A DNA stretch of 34,016 bases. Origin: Nitrospirota bacterium. Lineage in GTDB: Bacteria; Nitrospirota; UBA9217. A program made the position numbers and the translations under genes. Below, piece after piece: positions 8,639 through 16,476 of the stretch. The notes under the pieces are model-generated. The model did no database searches. It worked only from the letters and a program-made list of their open reading frames with translations, and was not told the DNA's origin. The stretch lies in the NCBI GenBank assembly GCA_029858565.1, contig JAOUEV010000039.1, positions 1 through 34,016 of the forward strand. The letters run 5' to 3'. The stretch's first letter is position 1. Each line of letters starts with the position of its first letter.

Positions 8639-10447
8639 GTGAACGAGTTAAACCTGCGGTATGCAGCATATCAGGTGCGATATGCGATCATACTGTTATC
8701 CTTATTCATGTTCTCATGCGGCGGCGGTGGTGGTGCCGTGCCCGGTCCGCAGGATCCAGGATCGCAATATCCCGTACCTACGGGTTATGGTTCTATTGAT
8801 TATCAGATCCTTTGGCCGGGAAATACGAGCACACCGCCTTCCCGTGTGGCTACCTTGCGGATGATCATCTTCTCTCCTGAAATGGCGACGATGCAGCAGG
8901 ACCTTCCGTCAACATCAGACCAAGGCTCGATCTCGAGCATTCCTCAGGGCAGCGACAGGACGCTGACGGTCCGCGGGCTGGACAGTGCAGGCGTAGTCCT
9001 GTACGAGGGCGCGTCTGGAGCATTCACCATCACTGACGGCCAGACAACAACAGTACCACCTGTCACCATGGTTGCAGTCGGCGCCAATTCACCGACCTCA
9101 CCCAATGCGCCGACCGCGCCGACCGGTGTGTCAGCCACTCCTGCAGATTCTCAGAACGCGATCGAATGGAGTCCCTCAGCAGGAGCGACCTCGTATAACA
9201 TCTACTGGTCGAAATTGCCCGGGGTGACCAAGTGGAACGGGGCGAAGATCTCAGGAACCACAAGTCCGCATATTCATACAGGCCTCTGGAACGGACAGAT
9301 ATACTATTATGTCGTGACAGCGGTCAATGCCGAAGGAGAAAGCGCTGATTCTTCAGAGGTCAATTCAACACCGCTTGTCAATGTACCCGGGGTCCCGTCC
9401 GGAGTGTCCGCGACGCCGGGCAACGGCCAGACCACCATTACCTGGACTGCTGTACCTGGAGCAACGTGGTACAATATTTACTGGTCCGAATCCAGCGGCC
9501 TGACAAAAGCGAACGGAACAAAAATATCTATAACTACCAGCCCCTACAGTCCTTACATCCATACAGGTCGTACGAACGGCAAGACCTATTACTATATCGT
9601 GACCGCGGCAAACAACAGCGGAGAGAGCGCCGGTTCTTCAATAGTGAGCGCGACCCCGCAAATTGCTGCTCTGGGCGTGCCGACCGGCTTGTCGGCCACA
9701 CCGGGCGACGGCAGGATAACGATCAACTGGTCCTCCTTGACCGGAGCAACTTCGTACAATATTTACTGGTCCCTATCGAGCGTCGTGACAAAGACGACGG
9801 GAACCAAGATCTCGGGAGTAACAAGTTCCTATACCCATACCGGCCTGGCAAATGGTACTACTTACTATTATGTGTTGACCGCGCTGAATGCCGGCGGTGA
9901 AAGCGCTGAATCCATCGCAGCAAGCGCGCAGACGCGTGCGGGGATTACCGGAAAGATTCCTGATACCGGGCAGACAATCTGTTCAGATAGCAGCGGAACC
10001 CTTATTGCCTGTCCTTTGACTGATAATCCGTTGGCTCAGGACGGCAGCTATACCATCGATGCGCCATCCTTCACTGACAACGTAGACGGTACTATCACCG
10101 ATAGTGTTACCGGACTGATGTGGCAGAAGACAGATGATGGAACGACTCTTAACTGGACCTCGGCAAATTCCTATTGCGAGGGCTTGGTATTGCCGGTTGG
10201 AGGCTATTCTGACTGGCGGCTGCCTTCGAGAATGGAGTTGCTCACTATCGTTGATTATGGAAAGAAATCACCGGCTATCGACATGACGTTTTTCACGAAA
10301 ACAGCTGGTGTATGGGGTCACTACTGGTCGAATACAAGTTCCATTTTTTATCTTAACGAATATTATGTTTGGTACGTGGATTTCTCGAACGGCAGCACCA
10401 GCCATGACAAAAAAACTGGGCTTGGTGCTGTTCGTTGTGTCCGTTAA
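8639..10447 (+). CDS. Lipoprotein: shared N-terminal module + 3 fibronectin type III repeats + DUF1566 (Lcl C-terminal) domain
   Basis: GGAGG before GTG 8639; lipobox MFSC-GGGGG; three repeats of PTGxSATP..W..GATSYNIYWS..HTG..NG..YYYxxTAxN..GES; DUF1566 motifs DTGQ, DSVTGLMWQ, DWRLP, YWS, VRCVR. Confidence 0.88.
   Translation: MNELNLRYAAYQVRYAIILLSLFMFSCGGGGGAVPGPQDPGSQYPVPTGYGSIDYQILWPGNTSTPPSRVATLRMIIFSPEMATMQQDLPSTSDQGSISSIPQGSDRTLTVRGLDSAGVVLYEGASGAFTITDGQTTTVPPVTMVAVGANSPTSPNAPTAPTGVSATPADSQNAIEWSPSAGATSYNIYWSKLPGVTKWNGAKISGTTSPHIHTGLWNGQIYYYVVTAVNAEGESADSSEVNSTPLVNVPGVPSGVSATPGNGQTTITWTAVPGATWYNIYWSESSGLTKANGTKISITTSPYSPYIHTGRTNGKTYYYIVTAANNSGESAGSSIVSATPQIAALGVPTGLSATPGDGRITINWSSLTGATSYNIYWSLSSVVTKTTGTKISGVTSSYTHTGLANGTTYYYVLTALNAGGESAESIAASAQTRAGITGKIPDTGQTICSDSSGTLIACPLTDNPLAQDGSYTIDAPSFTDNVDGTITDSVTGLMWQKTDDGTTLNWTSANSYCEGLVLPVGGYSDWRLPSRMELLTIVDYGKKSPAIDMTFFTKTAGVWGHYWSNTSSIFYLNEYYVWYVDFSNGSTSHDKKTGLGAVRCVR
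9106..9935 (+). repeat. Three tandem FN3 repeats
   Basis: ~92-95 aa period with conserved YNIYWS and YYYVVTA-like motifs; boundaries approximate. Confidence 0.85.
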
Positions 10448-10511
10448 TAATAGTGAGATAGACGCGATATGACCGGGGAATAACTAAAATAACGACAACA
10501 ATGGAGAGGTT

Positions 10512-10961
10512 ATGAAACGTGGTGAATATTTATTTACTCTTATAATATTAATGCTGTTCTTCGCGAATACTGTTTATGCATCATCCTATGTGGACAATGG
10601 GAATGGCACAATAAGCGACACTGTCGCCGGCCTTATGTGGCAAAAGCAGGATGATGGCACGGCCAAGACCTGGGAGGCCGCAATTGCCTATTGCGAGGGA
10701 TTGGTGTTGCCGGTTGCAGGCTATTCTGACTGGCGTTTGCCGCAGATCAAGGAACTGAATTCATTGGTCGACAGCAGCCGTTCCAATCCGGCGATCAACA
10801 CAACCTTTTTCCCGAGCACGCAATCAACCTCGTACTGGTCGTCAACGAGCACTGTGGCAGATACTCTCAAAGCATGGGTCGTGGATTTCAATTCCGGCAT
10901 AACTAGTTTCTCCACAAAGACTGGCAGCAATTATGTCAGGTGCGTTCGCAACCTTCCGTAG
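10512..10961 (+). CDS. Secreted stand-alone DUF1566 (Lcl C-terminal) domain protein
   Basis: GGAGAGG RBS; signal peptide ending VYA; DNGNGTISDTVAGLMWQ, DWRLP, YWSST, AWVVDF, YVRCVR. Confidence 0.9.
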   Translation: MKRGEYLFTLIILMLFFANTVYASSYVDNGNGTISDTVAGLMWQKQDDGTAKTWEAAIAYCEGLVLPVAGYSDWRLPQIKELNSLVDSSRSNPAINTTFFPSTQSTSYWSSTSTVADTLKAWVVDFNSGITSFSTKTGSNYVRCVRNLP

Positions 10962-11005
10962 CCGAAAGACGTTATTAACTCTCTGAAATCAAATTAAAAT
11001 CCCTG

Positions 11006-11035
11006 TTGACACCTGGGTACCTATTCTGGTAATAT
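11006..11035 (+). promoter_or_regulatory. Sigma70-type promoter for rplI
   Basis: TTGACA (11006-11011), 18 nt spacer, TGn-TAATAT (11030-11035). Confidence 0.6.
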
Positions 11036-11074
11036 CTGCCCTTGCAATAATATTCGAAAGGAGCTTCACGAACA

Positions 11075-11521
11075 ATGCAGGTGATCCTACGCGAAGAGAT
11101 TGAAAAATTGGGGAAGATCGGCGACCTCGTAAAGGTGAAGGACGGATTCGGCCGCAACTACCTCATTCCGACGAAGAAGGCTATTGAGGCCACCCCGAAG
11201 AACGTCAATGCCATGAACCATGCCAAAAAGATGGTCTCCGACCGTCTGCGCAAGCTCAAGAAGGAAGCTGCTGCTGACGCCGAGAACATCAAGGCATTGT
11301 CCATCACGATCAAGGCCAAGGTGGGCGAGGAGGGCAAGCTGTTCGGCTCCGTGACCTCCATGGACATCGCTGAAGCAGCGGCTGCCCAGGGCGTGAAGAT
11401 CGAAAAGCGCAAGATCGTGCTCGAAGAGCCCATCAAGCGGCTCGGCGAATTCACCGTTGCGGTGAAGCTCCACAGCGACGTGACGGCAGACCTCAAGGTC
11501 ACGGTCGTCGCAGCAGAATAA
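11075..11521 (+). CDS. rplI: 50S ribosomal protein L9
   Basis: MQVILREEIEKLGKIGDLVKVKDGFGRNYLIP, GKLFGSVT, PIKRLG; AAGGAG RBS. Confidence 0.99.
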   Translation: MQVILREEIEKLGKIGDLVKVKDGFGRNYLIPTKKAIEATPKNVNAMNHAKKMVSDRLRKLKKEAAADAENIKALSITIKAKVGEEGKLFGSVTSMDIAEAAAAQGVKIEKRKIVLEEPIKRLGEFTVAVKLHSDVTADLKVTVVAAE

Positions 11522-11545
11522 CTTCCTGCTCCAGGATCCGGAACC

Positions 11546-11605
11546 AGGAGTCAGAAGTCAGGGTCAGGAGGTCTTCTCCCGGCTTCTGATACTGACTCCT
11601 TTTTT
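11546..11605 (+). terminator. Long imperfect hairpin + U-tract between rplI and dnaB
   Basis: AGGAGTCAG (11546-11554) pairs with CTGACTCCT (11592-11600), followed by TTTTT; arms built from short GTCAG repeats. Confidence 0.55.
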
Positions 11606-11628
11606 ATTCTCCCCTCCAAGGTGGTGCC

Positions 11629-13020
11629 ATGTCCCTTCAATCGGATGTCGCGCTCCAGAAACTGCCTCCCCAGAACATCGAGGCCGAGCAAATGGTCCTC
11701 GGCGCCATTCTGATCGAGAACAGCGCGATCGAAGGCGTCAGCGACATTCTCGTTCCGAACGACTTCTACCGTGACGCCCATCGCCAGATCTACGCCGCTA
11801 TGCTCGAAATGGCGGACAGCCGCGAGGCCATTGACCTCATCACGCTGACCGATACCCTACGACGGGGCAGCGTCCTTGACAAGGTCGGCGGAGCGTCCTA
11901 TCTTTCGAACCTGGTCAGTCTTGTACCCACGGCGGCCAATGTCAAGTACCACGCCCGCATCATTCATGACAAATCCGTTCTTCGCCAGCTCATTCACGCT
12001 TCCACGGACATCATAAGCCAGAGCTACGAGGATTCGCCGGAAGCGCTCAAGATCAGCGAGATCATCGACCGCGCCCAGCAGGAGATCCTCCGCATCTCGG
12101 ACCAGAAGATGGTGGAGCCGTTCACCTCGGCCCGGGATGTGATCAAGCAGAGCTACGAGACGATCGAGCTTCTCTATGACCGCAAGGAAATGGTCACGGG
12201 ACTCCCGACCGGTTTCGTGGACATGGACAAGATGACCTCAGGCCTTCAGGCCGGTGACCTGATCATTGTCGCCGGCCGCCCGTCCATGGGAAAGACGGCG
12301 TTCTGTCTGAACATCGCTCAGCACGTTTCCGTGGATAACGGCAAGACCGTTGCTGTCTTCAGCCTGGAAATGGCCAAGGAGCAGCTGGGGCTTCGTATGC
12401 TCTGCTCCGAAGCCCGCATTGACGCGCACAAATTGCGCACGGGCCATATCGCGGAGTCGGACTGGGGGAGGATCGCCATGGCGGCGGGGAAGCTTTCCGA
12501 GGCTCCCATGTACATCGATGATACCGGCGCCATCGGGATCTTCGAGATGAGGTCCAAGGCGCGGCGCCTCAAGGCAGACCGGGGACTGGATCTTATCATC
12601 GTGGACTACCTCCAGCTCATGCGCGGCAGCGGCGATACCAACAGCCGCGAACAGGAGATCTCCAGCATCTCGCGGTCGCTGAAGGCGCTGGCAAAAGAAC
12701 TGCGTGTCCCGGTCATCGCCCTGTCCCAGCTCAACCGGGCGGTGGAAACGAGGGGCAAGGACAAGCGTCCCATGCTGGCGGACCTTCGCGAATCAGGGGC
12801 CATCGAACAGGACGCAGACGTCATCCTGTTCATCTATCGCGACGAGGTCTACAACAAATGCGAATGCCCGCCGCCGCCCGAGGGAGAGTGCAGCTGCGGA
12901 CGGCGGGGAACCGCCGAAGTGATCATCGGCAAGCAGAGAAACGGACCGACGGGAACGGTCAACCTGACATTCCTGCACAAGTTCACACGGTTCGAGAACG
13001 CTGAAACAAGAAACTTTTGA
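11629..13020 (+). CDS. dnaB: Replicative DNA helicase DnaB
   Basis: PPQNIEAEQMVLG, AGRPSMGKT, FSLEM, VDYLQLM, LSQLNR, DLRESGAIEQDAD, KQRNGPTG. Confidence 0.99.
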   Translation: MSLQSDVALQKLPPQNIEAEQMVLGAILIENSAIEGVSDILVPNDFYRDAHRQIYAAMLEMADSREAIDLITLTDTLRRGSVLDKVGGASYLSNLVSLVPTAANVKYHARIIHDKSVLRQLIHASTDIISQSYEDSPEALKISEIIDRAQQEILRISDQKMVEPFTSARDVIKQSYETIELLYDRKEMVTGLPTGFVDMDKMTSGLQAGDLIIVAGRPSMGKTAFCLNIAQHVSVDNGKTVAVFSLEMAKEQLGLRMLCSEARIDAHKLRTGHIAESDWGRIAMAAGKLSEAPMYIDDTGAIGIFEMRSKARRLKADRGLDLIIVDYLQLMRGSGDTNSREQEISSISRSLKALAKELRVPVIALSQLNRAVETRGKDKRPMLADLRESGAIEQDADVILFIYRDEVYNKCECPPPPEGECSCGRRGTAEVIIGKQRNGPTGTVNLTFLHKFTRFENAETRNF

Positions 13021-13044
13021 GAATTTTGAAAAATCAGCTATAAT
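13017..13044 (+). promoter_or_regulatory. Possible sigma70 promoter for the cNMP-domain genes
   Basis: TTGAGA-16 nt-TATAAT overlapping the dnaB stop codon. Confidence 0.45.
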
Positions 13045-13100
13045 AAGTAACCATGGACCGGTCGCAACGCCGTTCATGACCATTCTTTGAGGAGGATCCC

Positions 13101-13883
13101 GTGGCATCGGAAAAAGCGCAGATCAGCGAGAACGTCCAGAAGTTCCTGAACAAGAGCGACTGGAAGAACGCCATCACGGAGATGGAGAAGCTCTACGCCA
13201 TCGACCATGACCCTCAGGTCAAGGTCCGCATGGGGGACGCGCGGCAGAAGATGAACCAGAAGCCGCAGGCCATAGCCGAGTACATGAAAGCTGCAGAGAT
13301 CTTCGCGGAAAAGGGATTCGTGGTCAAGGCGCTCGCGATGTACAAGCTCGTGCTCCGCATTGATCCGGGATATAGCAAGGCGCTGGACCTCATGGCAGGA
13401 CTGCATTCGAACAAGAGCGTGACCGAGCTGAAACTGGAACCGGTGGAGATCGGTGAGGAAGCGCCGACAAGCAGCGTCATTCCTCTTTTCTCGGACCTTA
13501 CGCAGGAGGAGTTCAACGATTTCACCAAGCGCATGGTATTCCACACCGAGCCGGCTGGCAAAGCGATCGTCAAGGAAGGCGAGGCGGGCGCTTCGGTCTT
13601 CGTGGTCACCCGCGGTACCGTCCGCGTCAAGACGACCAAGGACGGAAAGGACGTCGAACTGGCCGTGCTCCAGCCCAGCGATTTCTTCGGTGAGATCGCG
13701 TTCCTGACGGGCAAGCCGAGAACGGCGACGGTGGAGACGATCGAGGAATGCGATATCCTCGAAGTGCACGAGGACCAGCTGACCGACCTGATAAAGAACA
13801 AGCCCCGCATCCGCGATGTCATGCAGAACTATTACAACCAGCGAGTGGCGAGCACCATCGAGAAACTGAAGGGCGGCGCATAG
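13101..13883 (+). CDS. TPR-like + cyclic nucleotide-binding domain protein (paralog 1)
   Basis: GAGGAGG RBS; helical TPR-like N-terminus; IPLFSDL, IVKEGE, FFGEIAFLTGKPRTATV; no C-terminal HTH. Confidence 0.9.
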   Translation: MASEKAQISENVQKFLNKSDWKNAITEMEKLYAIDHDPQVKVRMGDARQKMNQKPQAIAEYMKAAEIFAEKGFVVKALAMYKLVLRIDPGYSKALDLMAGLHSNKSVTELKLEPVEIGEEAPTSSVIPLFSDLTQEEFNDFTKRMVFHTEPAGKAIVKEGEAGASVFVVTRGTVRVKTTKDGKDVELAVLQPSDFFGEIAFLTGKPRTATVETIEECDILEVHEDQLTDLIKNKPRIRDVMQNYYNQRVASTIEKLKGGA

Positions 13884-13932
13884 GCGCACGAGTTTCATCG
13901 GCCCGTTCAGATCCCTTCGGAGGCGATACGGA

Positions 13933-14727
13933 ATGTCAAATGACAAAACGAAACTGATCGAGAACATCCAGGGCTTTCTCGGGAAGGGAAAGTGGAAAGA
14001 AGCGGTCTCGGACATGGAGAAGCTGTTCGCGCTCAATCCCGACCCGATCATCCGCGTGAGGATGGGCGATGCCTACCAGAAACTGAACTCCAAGCCCGAG
14101 GCGACCAGGGAGTATGTCTACGCCGCGGACCTCTATGCTGAAAAGGGCGCCATCGTGAAGGCGCTTGCCCAGTACAAACTCGCTCTCCGCATCGATCCGA
14201 ACCATAAACGCGCCCAGGACCGTATGTCAGCTCTGCATTCGAACAAGGTCATCACGGAAAAGAAGGCCGAGCCGGTCGAGGACGGGAAACAGAAACCGGC
14301 GAACAGCGCGATCCCGCTTTTCGCGGGTTTCACCCAGGGCGAGTTCGAGGAATTCACCAAGCTCATGATGGTCCATGAGCATCCGAAGGGCGATGTGATC
14401 GTACGGGAAGGGGACAAGGGAAAGTCGGTTTACATCATCGCGGCCGGCTCGGTAAAGGTCTACACGACCATGCTGTCCGGAGAGACGGTAGAACTGGCAA
14501 AGCTCTGGCCAAGCGAGTTCTTCGGAGAAATAGCCTTCCTGAGCGGCAAACCCAGGACCGCTACGGTCGAGACCATCGAGGACACCACCATTCTGGAACT
14601 GACCGAGGATAATCTGAAGGAACTGGTCGCGAAACACCCCCGGGTGAGGGACGTTCTTCAGAAATTCTCTGAGATGCGGCTCAAAGGCACCATCGAAACG
14701 GTCATCAGCAAATCCGTGGAGTCCTAG
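13933..14727 (+). CDS. TPR-like + cyclic nucleotide-binding domain protein (paralog 2)
   Basis: GGAGG RBS; collinear with 13101-13883; FFGEIAFLSGKPRTATV. Confidence 0.9.
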   Translation: MSNDKTKLIENIQGFLGKGKWKEAVSDMEKLFALNPDPIIRVRMGDAYQKLNSKPEATREYVYAADLYAEKGAIVKALAQYKLALRIDPNHKRAQDRMSALHSNKVITEKKAEPVEDGKQKPANSAIPLFAGFTQGEFEEFTKLMMVHEHPKGDVIVREGDKGKSVYIIAAGSVKVYTTMLSGETVELAKLWPSEFFGEIAFLSGKPRTATVETIEDTTILELTEDNLKELVAKHPRVRDVLQKFSEMRLKGTIETVISKSVES

Positions 14728-14774
14728 AATGTCGCTTTCCCGGTTCCTCCTGAAGTTCTCTGAATGGAGGCACG

Positions 14775-15602
14775 ATGCTTCGTCAACCGGCAGTCGCGGG
14801 GTACTTCTACCAGGGGTCGCAGACAGCTCTTAAGGACCAGGTAGAGCGGTTCCTGGTCACGAACGAACAGAAGATCCCCGCATTAGGTGTTTTGTCTCCC
14901 CACGCAGGTCTTGTCTATTCCGGTTCTGTAGCCGGCGCTGTTTTTTCCCGCATCATCATCCCTGAAACGATCGTTCTTATCGGCCCCAATCACACCGGCC
15001 TTGGCGCTCCCGTTTCCCTCATGGCATCGGGAACGTGGTCAACCCCGCTCGGGAACGTGACCATTCATGAAACCCTCGCACAGTCTATTCTGAGAAAATC
15101 CGGCCGCATCAAGGACGATATGCTGGCTCATCTCCGGGAACATTCCCTTGAAGTGCAGCTGCCTTTCCTGCAGATGCTGAAAAAGGACTTCCGCATAGTT
15201 CCCATTCAGATCATGGACGTACGTCTCGAGACCTGCGGGGACGTCGGCAAGGCAGTTGCCGCGTCCATCATGGAACTGCGGAAAGGTGAGGGCGGGTCAG
15301 GAACCCACGATGTCCTGATCGTGGCAAGTTCTGATATGAGCCACTACGTATCTGCCGATGTTGCGCGAAAGAAGGACCGGAAGGCCATCGACAGGATCCT
15401 GGCGCTCGACCCCGAAGGCCTGCATCACACCGTCCGCAACAATGATATCAGCATGTGCGGATTCGGCCCGGCAGTTGCCATGCTGACAGCATGCAAGATC
15501 CTGGGAGCCTCCAAAGCTGAGCTGATAAAGTACACGAACTCAGGCGAAGTGAGCGGAGATACTGACCAGGTAGTTGGATATGCGGGGATCGTGGTAAGCT
15601 GA
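14775..15602 (+). CDS. amrB: AmmeMemoRadiSam system protein B (MEMO1 family)
   Basis: RQPAVAGYFY, PHAGLVYSG, GPNHTG, EHSLEVQLPFLQ, SSDMSHY, SMCGFGP, VVGYAG. Confidence 0.93.
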   Translation: MLRQPAVAGYFYQGSQTALKDQVERFLVTNEQKIPALGVLSPHAGLVYSGSVAGAVFSRIIIPETIVLIGPNHTGLGAPVSLMASGTWSTPLGNVTIHETLAQSILRKSGRIKDDMLAHLREHSLEVQLPFLQMLKKDFRIVPIQIMDVRLETCGDVGKAVAASIMELRKGEGGSGTHDVLIVASSDMSHYVSADVARKKDRKAIDRILALDPEGLHHTVRNNDISMCGFGPAVAMLTACKILGASKAELIKYTNSGEVSGDTDQVVGYAGIVVS

Positions 15603-15729
15603 ACTGTCATGAATCTGCATACAGCCCGGATGCGATCTTGTGCGGCCGCCTGACTAAAGAAGGCAACGCAGGGTCGCCTTGCATGTTCTAAGCTCTGATG
15701 CACTACCTGCAAACAATCAGCTCCGGTCC

Positions 15730-16194
15730 TCATTCCTTCTGAGCGCGGCCCAAAGAAAGAACGATCCCGAAATGACCCCTCCTGTCGCAGATGAATGACT
15801 GCCGGGCGGGCATATCCACCGCGCTGGTGATGCCCAGGACCGCGGCCAGGACCGCGACATGCCAGTACCTGACCATGCCGGTCAGGACAAGGGTCCCGAG
15901 CAGCAACGCCTGGAACATCAGTATCGTCTGGCATATGATGATGATCTTTCGTTTGGGGAAATAATCTATGAATGGCCCGGTAAAGAACGAAAAAAGCAGT
16001 ATCGGCAGGAACTGGAGCGCCGTCACGATGCCGAGCTTGAGCGATGAACCGGTAAGTTCCAGCACCAGCCACGATTGGGCCAGGGACTGCATCCAGGTGC
16101 CGATGAGCGAGACCAACTGGCCTGTCCAGAAGAGACGGAAATTACGGTGACCGAGGGAGCGAAAGAGGGACTTTATTTCATCGGAGATGGGCAC
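15730..16194 (-). pseudogene. Truncated MFS transporter (only the N-terminal ~4 TM segments)
   Basis: FRSLGHRNFRLFWTGQLVSLIGTWMQ...DMPARQSFI is a typical MFS N-terminus. Similarity stops near 15790, and I see no continuation in the other frames before the convergent amrB. Confidence 0.8.
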
Positions 16195-16222
16195 GTAATG
16201 TTTCCCGCGCGGACGCTACAAA

Positions 16223-16408
16223 TCAGGTCTTCTTCTTCTTTTCCTTGCTGCCGGCGGAATTCAGCGCAGCTCCACAAGTCTCGCAGTAAATGCCCTTGTC
16301 GTCAACACGGCTGGGATGCCAGCGGATAGGACCAGCAGGTGTCTTTTCGCTCAGCCGCTTGCCGCAGGTCTTGCAATGGGATTTTCTTTCAGGCGTGCTA
16401 TTCTTCAT
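16223..16408 (-). CDS. 61-aa basic protein with two CxxC motifs (putative zinc ribbon)
   Basis: GGGAG before ATG 16408; CKTC...CETC; Lys-rich tail. Confidence 0.65.
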   Translation of the reverse strand: MKNSTPERKSHCKTCGKRLSEKTPAGPIRWHPSRVDDKGIYCETCGAALNSAGSKEKKKKT

Positions 16409-16476
16409 GGTGATCTCCCTGGAAGGACAGGTATAGCTCAAGACAACGGACACGCGGGGATGACAGCAGCATAGTC

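Noticed and set aside
7500-9935. Kelch and FN3 DNA repeats as a CRISPR array or DGR template/variable pair
   Set aside because: They are in-frame coding repeats with mostly synonymous differences, without spacer structure or adenine-specific mismatches.
12850-12915. Intein in DnaB
   Set aside because: The insert is only about 10 aa and lacks the C-terminal His-Asn and splicing blocks.
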